Assembly (NCBI GenBank): GCA_963829565.1
Contig: CAWHJC010000003.1
Coordinates: forward strand, 72,615 to 136,614
Length of the DNA stretch: 64,000 bases
Origin: an uncultured Actinomycetota bacterium
GTDB lineage: Bacteria; Actinomycetota; Actinomycetes; JACCUZ01
Direction of reading: 5' to 3'
Shown here: in pieces, positions 60,745 through 64,000 of the stretch
Numbering within the stretch: the first letter of the stretch is position 1
Layout of the letters: each line of letters starts with the position of its first letter
Notes under the pieces: model-generated
The model's database searches: none
What the model saw: only the letters and a program-made list of their open reading frames with translations
What the model was told of the DNA's origin: nothing
Position numbers and translations under genes: made by a program

Positions 60745-61470
60745 CTAGCGAGCCCGCCCTCGCGCCGTGACAGCTGCCGCCTGGCGAGCCATCTGGGCGA
60801 GCGCCGCCCTCTCGACCTCCCTCGCCTCGTAGGCGGCGGCCCGGTCGCGGACCACCACGCCGGGCACACCGGCCACGACGCTGTTCTCCGGCACCGACCC
60901 GCGCACCACCGCGTGCGCCGCGACGACGCTGCCCCGACCGACCTGCGCCCCCCGCAGCACCGACGCCTTGACGCCCACCCACACGTCCTCGTCGATCCGC
61001 ACCGGGGTCTTCACGATGCCCTGGTCCTTGATCGGCGTGTGCAGGTCGTCGTAGCGGTGGTCGAAGTCGCAGATGTAGACCCAGTCGGCCACGATGCAGC
61101 GCGGGCCGACGTGCAGGTCCAGGTAGCAGTTGAGGGTGTTCTCGCGGCCGAGCACCGTCTTGGCCCCGATCCGCAGGGTGCCCTCGTGGGCCCGGAGCCG
61201 GTTGCCGTCGCCAAGGTGCACCCACCGGCCGAGCACGATCCGGCCGTACCCCTTCCGGGCCTTCAGCTCGACCCCGCGACCGAGGTAGACCATCCCCTCG
61301 GTGACGACGTCCGGGTGCAGCAGCCGCAGCCGGAGGAACCGCCAGTAGCGGACCAGGTGGTACGGCGTCCAGGCCCGGTGCCGGACTACCCAGCGGATGC
61401 TGGCGGGGGCGAGGAACCGCCGCAGCGGCACCTGACGTGGGTCACGTCGTCGCCGCCTGCGGGTCGTCAC
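60745..61470 (-). CDS. hexapeptide-repeat (left-handed beta-helix) acyl/acetyltransferase (Rv3034c-like)
   Basis: 241-aa ORF with repeating [LIV]G..X.X hexapeptides (VHLGDGNRLRAHEGTLRIGAKTVLGRENTLNCYLDLHVG). Confidence 0.75.
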   Translation of the reverse strand: MTTRRRRRRDPRQVPLRRFLAPASIRWVVRHRAWTPYHLVRYWRFLRLRLLHPDVVTEGMVYLGRGVELKARKGYGRIVLGRWVHLGDGNRLRAHEGTLRIGAKTVLGRENTLNCYLDLHVGPRCIVADWVYICDFDHRYDDLHTPIKDQGIVKTPVRIDEDVWVGVKASVLRGAQVGRGSVVAAHAVVRGSVPENSVVAGVPGVVVRDRAAAYEAREVERAALAQMARQAAAVTARGRAR

Positions 61471-61485
61471 GCATCGTCAGCATCC

Positions 61486-62436
61486 TCAGCCCAGCGGTCG
61501 GGTACCGGTCACCAGGACGTTGTAGAAGACGGCCTGCGGCAGGACGCGGGCGCAGGCGACGGTCCAGGGCCGACGCCTGCTGCCAGGACCGGTAGGCGAA
61601 CATCGCCCAGCTCCACCCGAGGCGTTCGGGGTTGACACCGGCCTCGAACGTCCGCACCGGCCAGCCGAGGAAGGCGGCGGTCAGCTCCTCGGCCTTGGTG
61701 CGTACGTCGACCGCGCCGGCCCGCAGCGCCGTCCTCGCCAGGTCGCCGGGGACGAACGTGTGGAGGTCGACGACCGACTCCAGGGCGGCGGCCCGGGACG
61801 ACTCGGCGAGCTCCTCGACCGGGCGCGCCCACTTCCTGCGCACGACGGGCAGGTGGGTGAGCCGGGTCGTGGCCGACCAGGTGAGCCGGCCGAGCCGCCG
61901 GGCGTACCAGTCGCCGACCCGGGTCGGCTCGCCGGCGAAGACGAACCGACCGCCCGGCTTGAGGACGCGCAGCACCTCACGCAGCGCGAGCTCGACGTCG
62001 GGGATGTGGTGCAGCACCGCATGCCCCACGACGAGGTCCATGCTGGCGTCGTCGTACGGGATCGACTCCGCGTCGGCGACCCGCCCGACGACGTCGAGCC
62101 CCAGCGCGGTCCCGTTACGGACCGCAGCGTCGACCATGCCCGGCGACAGGTCGGTGAGGTGCCCACGGGTCGCGACGCCTGCCTGCATCAGGTTGAGCAG
62201 GAAGAAGCCGGTGCCGCTGCCCACCTCGAGCGCTTCGCCGAAGGGCCAGCCGTGGCGACCCGCGACAGCCTCGAAGCGGCCGCGCGCATAGTCGATGCAC
62301 CGCTCGTCGAAGGAGATCGACCACTTCTCGTCGTAGGTCGTGGCCTCCCAGTCGTGGTAGAGCACGTTGGCCAGCTTGGGGTCCGACCAGGCCCGGCGGA
62401 TGTCCTCCTCCGACGGCGTCGGCTGGCCGGCGGCCA
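61486..62436 (-). CDS. SAM-dependent methyltransferase (Rv3037c-like), with a frameshift near its 3' end
   Basis: LEVGSGTGFFLLNL motif I and VLKPGGRFVF. The true C-terminus (...LPQAVFYNVLVTGTRPLG*) is in a second frame. Confidence 0.75.
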
Positions 62437-62439
62437 TCG

Positions 62440-63225
62440 TCAGCGACCCTCGAAGGCGGCCTTGCCCGGGCCGTTGGCGACGAACGACTCCATGCCGATC
62501 CGCCGGTCCTCGGTCGCGAACAGCCCGGCGAACTGCAGCCGCTCGAGCTCCAGACCGGTGTCGAGGTCGGCCTCCAGCCCGCGGTCGATCGCCTCCTTCG
62601 CCGCTCGCAGCGCCAGCCGCGGTCCGCCGACGAAGCGGGCGGCCATCTCGCGGGCGGCGGAGTAGACGTCGTCGGCCGGGACCACCCGGTCCACCAGGCC
62701 GATGCGCAGCGCCTCTTCGGCATCGACGAAGCGGCCGGTGAAGATGATGTCCTTGGCACGGGACGGACCGACCAGCCGGGGCAGCCGCTGCGTTCCGCCA
62801 GCACCGGGGATGACGCCGAGCAGGACCTCCGGCTGCCCGAGCTTGGCGTTGTCGCCGCAGACCCGCAGGTCGGCACACAGGGCGAGCTCGCACCCGCCCC
62901 CGAGTGCGTACCCCGTCACCGCGGCGACCACGGGCTTGGGGATCCGCGCGACCGCCGTGAAGGACGACTGCAGCGCTCCGGAGCGCACGACCATGTCCGG
63001 GTAGGACATCGTCGCCATCTCCTTGACGTCTGCGCCGGCGGCGAACACCTTCTCCCCGCCGTAGAGCACGACGGCGTGCACGTCACTGCTCCCGCCCGCC
63101 TCGGCGGCCGCCGCGCGCAGCTCCTCCTGGACCTGCACGTTCAGGGCGTTCATCGGCGGCCGGTCCAGCCGGATGGTGCCGATCCCGTCCTCGACCTCGA
63201 GCCGGACGAACTCTCCGTCAGTCAT
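62440..63225 (-). CDS. enoyl-CoA hydratase/isomerase (crotonase family)
   Basis: 261 aa from MTDGEFVRLEV, with the crotonase oxyanion-hole motifs (VAAVTGYALGGGCELAL). Confidence 0.85.
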   Translation of the reverse strand: MTDGEFVRLEVEDGIGTIRLDRPPMNALNVQVQEELRAAAAEAGGSSDVHAVVLYGGEKVFAAGADVKEMATMSYPDMVVRSGALQSSFTAVARIPKPVVAAVTGYALGGGCELALCADLRVCGDNAKLGQPEVLLGVIPGAGGTQRLPRLVGPSRAKDIIFTGRFVDAEEALRIGLVDRVVPADDVYSAAREMAARFVGGPRLALRAAKEAIDRGLEADLDTGLELERLQFAGLFATEDRRIGMESFVANGPGKAAFEGR

Positions 63226-63267
63226 GGCGCGAGGGTAACGACCGCGCTCCCCCGCTAGCGTGGCCAG

Positions 63268-64000
63268 GTGAGCTCCCGCGCCCATCCGGTCCCGCTGCTC
63301 GGCGCGGTGCCGGACGGGTCCGGGACGACCTTCGCGGTGTTCTCCCGCGGCGACGCGGTCGACGTGTGCCTCCCCGACGACGCGGGCCGACCGACCGTCC
63401 ATCCGCTCACCCGCCGCACCAACGACGTGTGGCACGGGCACCTGCCGTGGGTCCGGCCCGGAGACCGGTACGCGTTCAGGGTGCACGGGCCGTGGGACCC
63501 GGCCCATGGGCAGCGGTTCGACCCGGGTGAGGTTCTCGTGGACCCCTACGCCAGGGCGATCGACGGGACCTGGTCCGTGGTCGTCGACGGCGGCTTCGAC
63601 TGGGGCGACGATGCACCTCCGCTCGTGCCGTGGCAGGACACGGTCGTCTACGAGCTGCACGTGCGCGGCTACACGATGCTGCACCCGGCCGTGCCGAAGC
63701 ACCTGCGGGGCACCTTCGCCGGCCTCGCCCACCCCGACTCGGTCGGTCACCTGCTGGACCTCGGTGTCACGACCCTCGAGCTGCTGCCCGTCCACCACTT
63801 CGCCAGCGAGCCGGCCCTGGTCCGTCGCGGCATGTCCAACTACTGGGGCTACAACACCCTCGGATTCTTCGCCCCGCACGCCGGCTATGCCTCGACCGGC
63901 CACAGAGGCGGTCAGGTCGACGAGTTCAAGACCATGGTCCGCACCCTGCACGCCGCCGGGCTGGAGGTGGTGCTCGACGTGGTCTACAACCACACGTGCG
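63268..64000 (+). CDS. glgX: glycogen debranching enzyme GlgX (isoamylase, GH13), N-terminal part truncated by the window end
   Basis: GTG start (MSSRAHPVPLLGAVPDGSGTTFAVFS ... VYELHVRGYT ... LLPVHHF ... VVLDVVYNHT). Not in the ORF track because no stop is reached. Confidence 0.8.
   Translation, partial: MSSRAHPVPLLGAVPDGSGTTFAVFSRGDAVDVCLPDDAGRPTVHPLTRRTNDVWHGHLPWVRPGDRYAFRVHGPWDPAHGQRFDPGEVLVDPYARAIDGTWSVVVDGGFDWGDDAPPLVPWQDTVVYELHVRGYTMLHPAVPKHLRGTFAGLAHPDSVGHLLDLGVTTLELLPVHHFASEPALVRRGMSNYWGYNTLGFFAPHAGYASTGHRGGQVDEFKTMVRTLHAAGLEVVLDVVYNHTC

Overview
This window is a high-GC (~72%) actinobacterial chromosomal segment, about 90% coding, whose gene order closely follows the conserved Mycobacterium tuberculosis Rv2965c-Rv3037c core region. 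In order it carries:
- yceD, a DivIVA-like protein, coaD, rsmD, recG, a DAK2 protein, rpmB, thiL
- ddl, gpsA, a plsC-like acyltransferase, cofC/fbiD, an HU protein with a Lys/Ala-rich tail, leuD and leuC with a divergent IclR regulator
- a PAS-GGDEF protein, tRNA-Glu and tRNA-Gln, a CPBP protease, gltX, an FAH-family protein
- a large cyclase-ATPase-TPR protein, cimA/leuA, ilvE, leuB, serA, ilvC, ilvN, ilvB, an HD-GYP protein, ilvD
- a PAP2 protein, a 2-hydroxyacid dehydrogenase, a patatin, a PQQ-dependent sugar dehydrogenase (LppZ-like)
- gatB, gatA, gatC, ligA, a MetE-like protein, a deaminase, mnmA, iscS, etfA, etfB
- an MGLP-like cluster (methyltransferase, GH57, acetyltransferase, methyltransferase), an enoyl-CoA hydratase, and the start of glgX.

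No IS element, CRISPR array or rRNA was seen.

Two general points:
- Many genes carry single-base indels, mostly an extra G or C in a G/C run. These hit essential genes (ddl, gltX, gatA, gatB, ligA), so most are probably assembly errors rather than pseudogenes.
- An apparent accessory insert sits between the lppZ-like gene and gatB: a membrane-anchored caspase-like (C14) peptidase with a canonical EF-hand, next to a small EACC1/trypco1-like gene. This is a candidate conflict or programmed-cell-death module.

Other points of interest are leader-peptide attenuators before ilvB and cimA, a His-rich small ORF coupled to leuB, a small membrane ORF between gatA and gatB, and an unusually long G-run-rich intergenic region before the MGLP-like genes.
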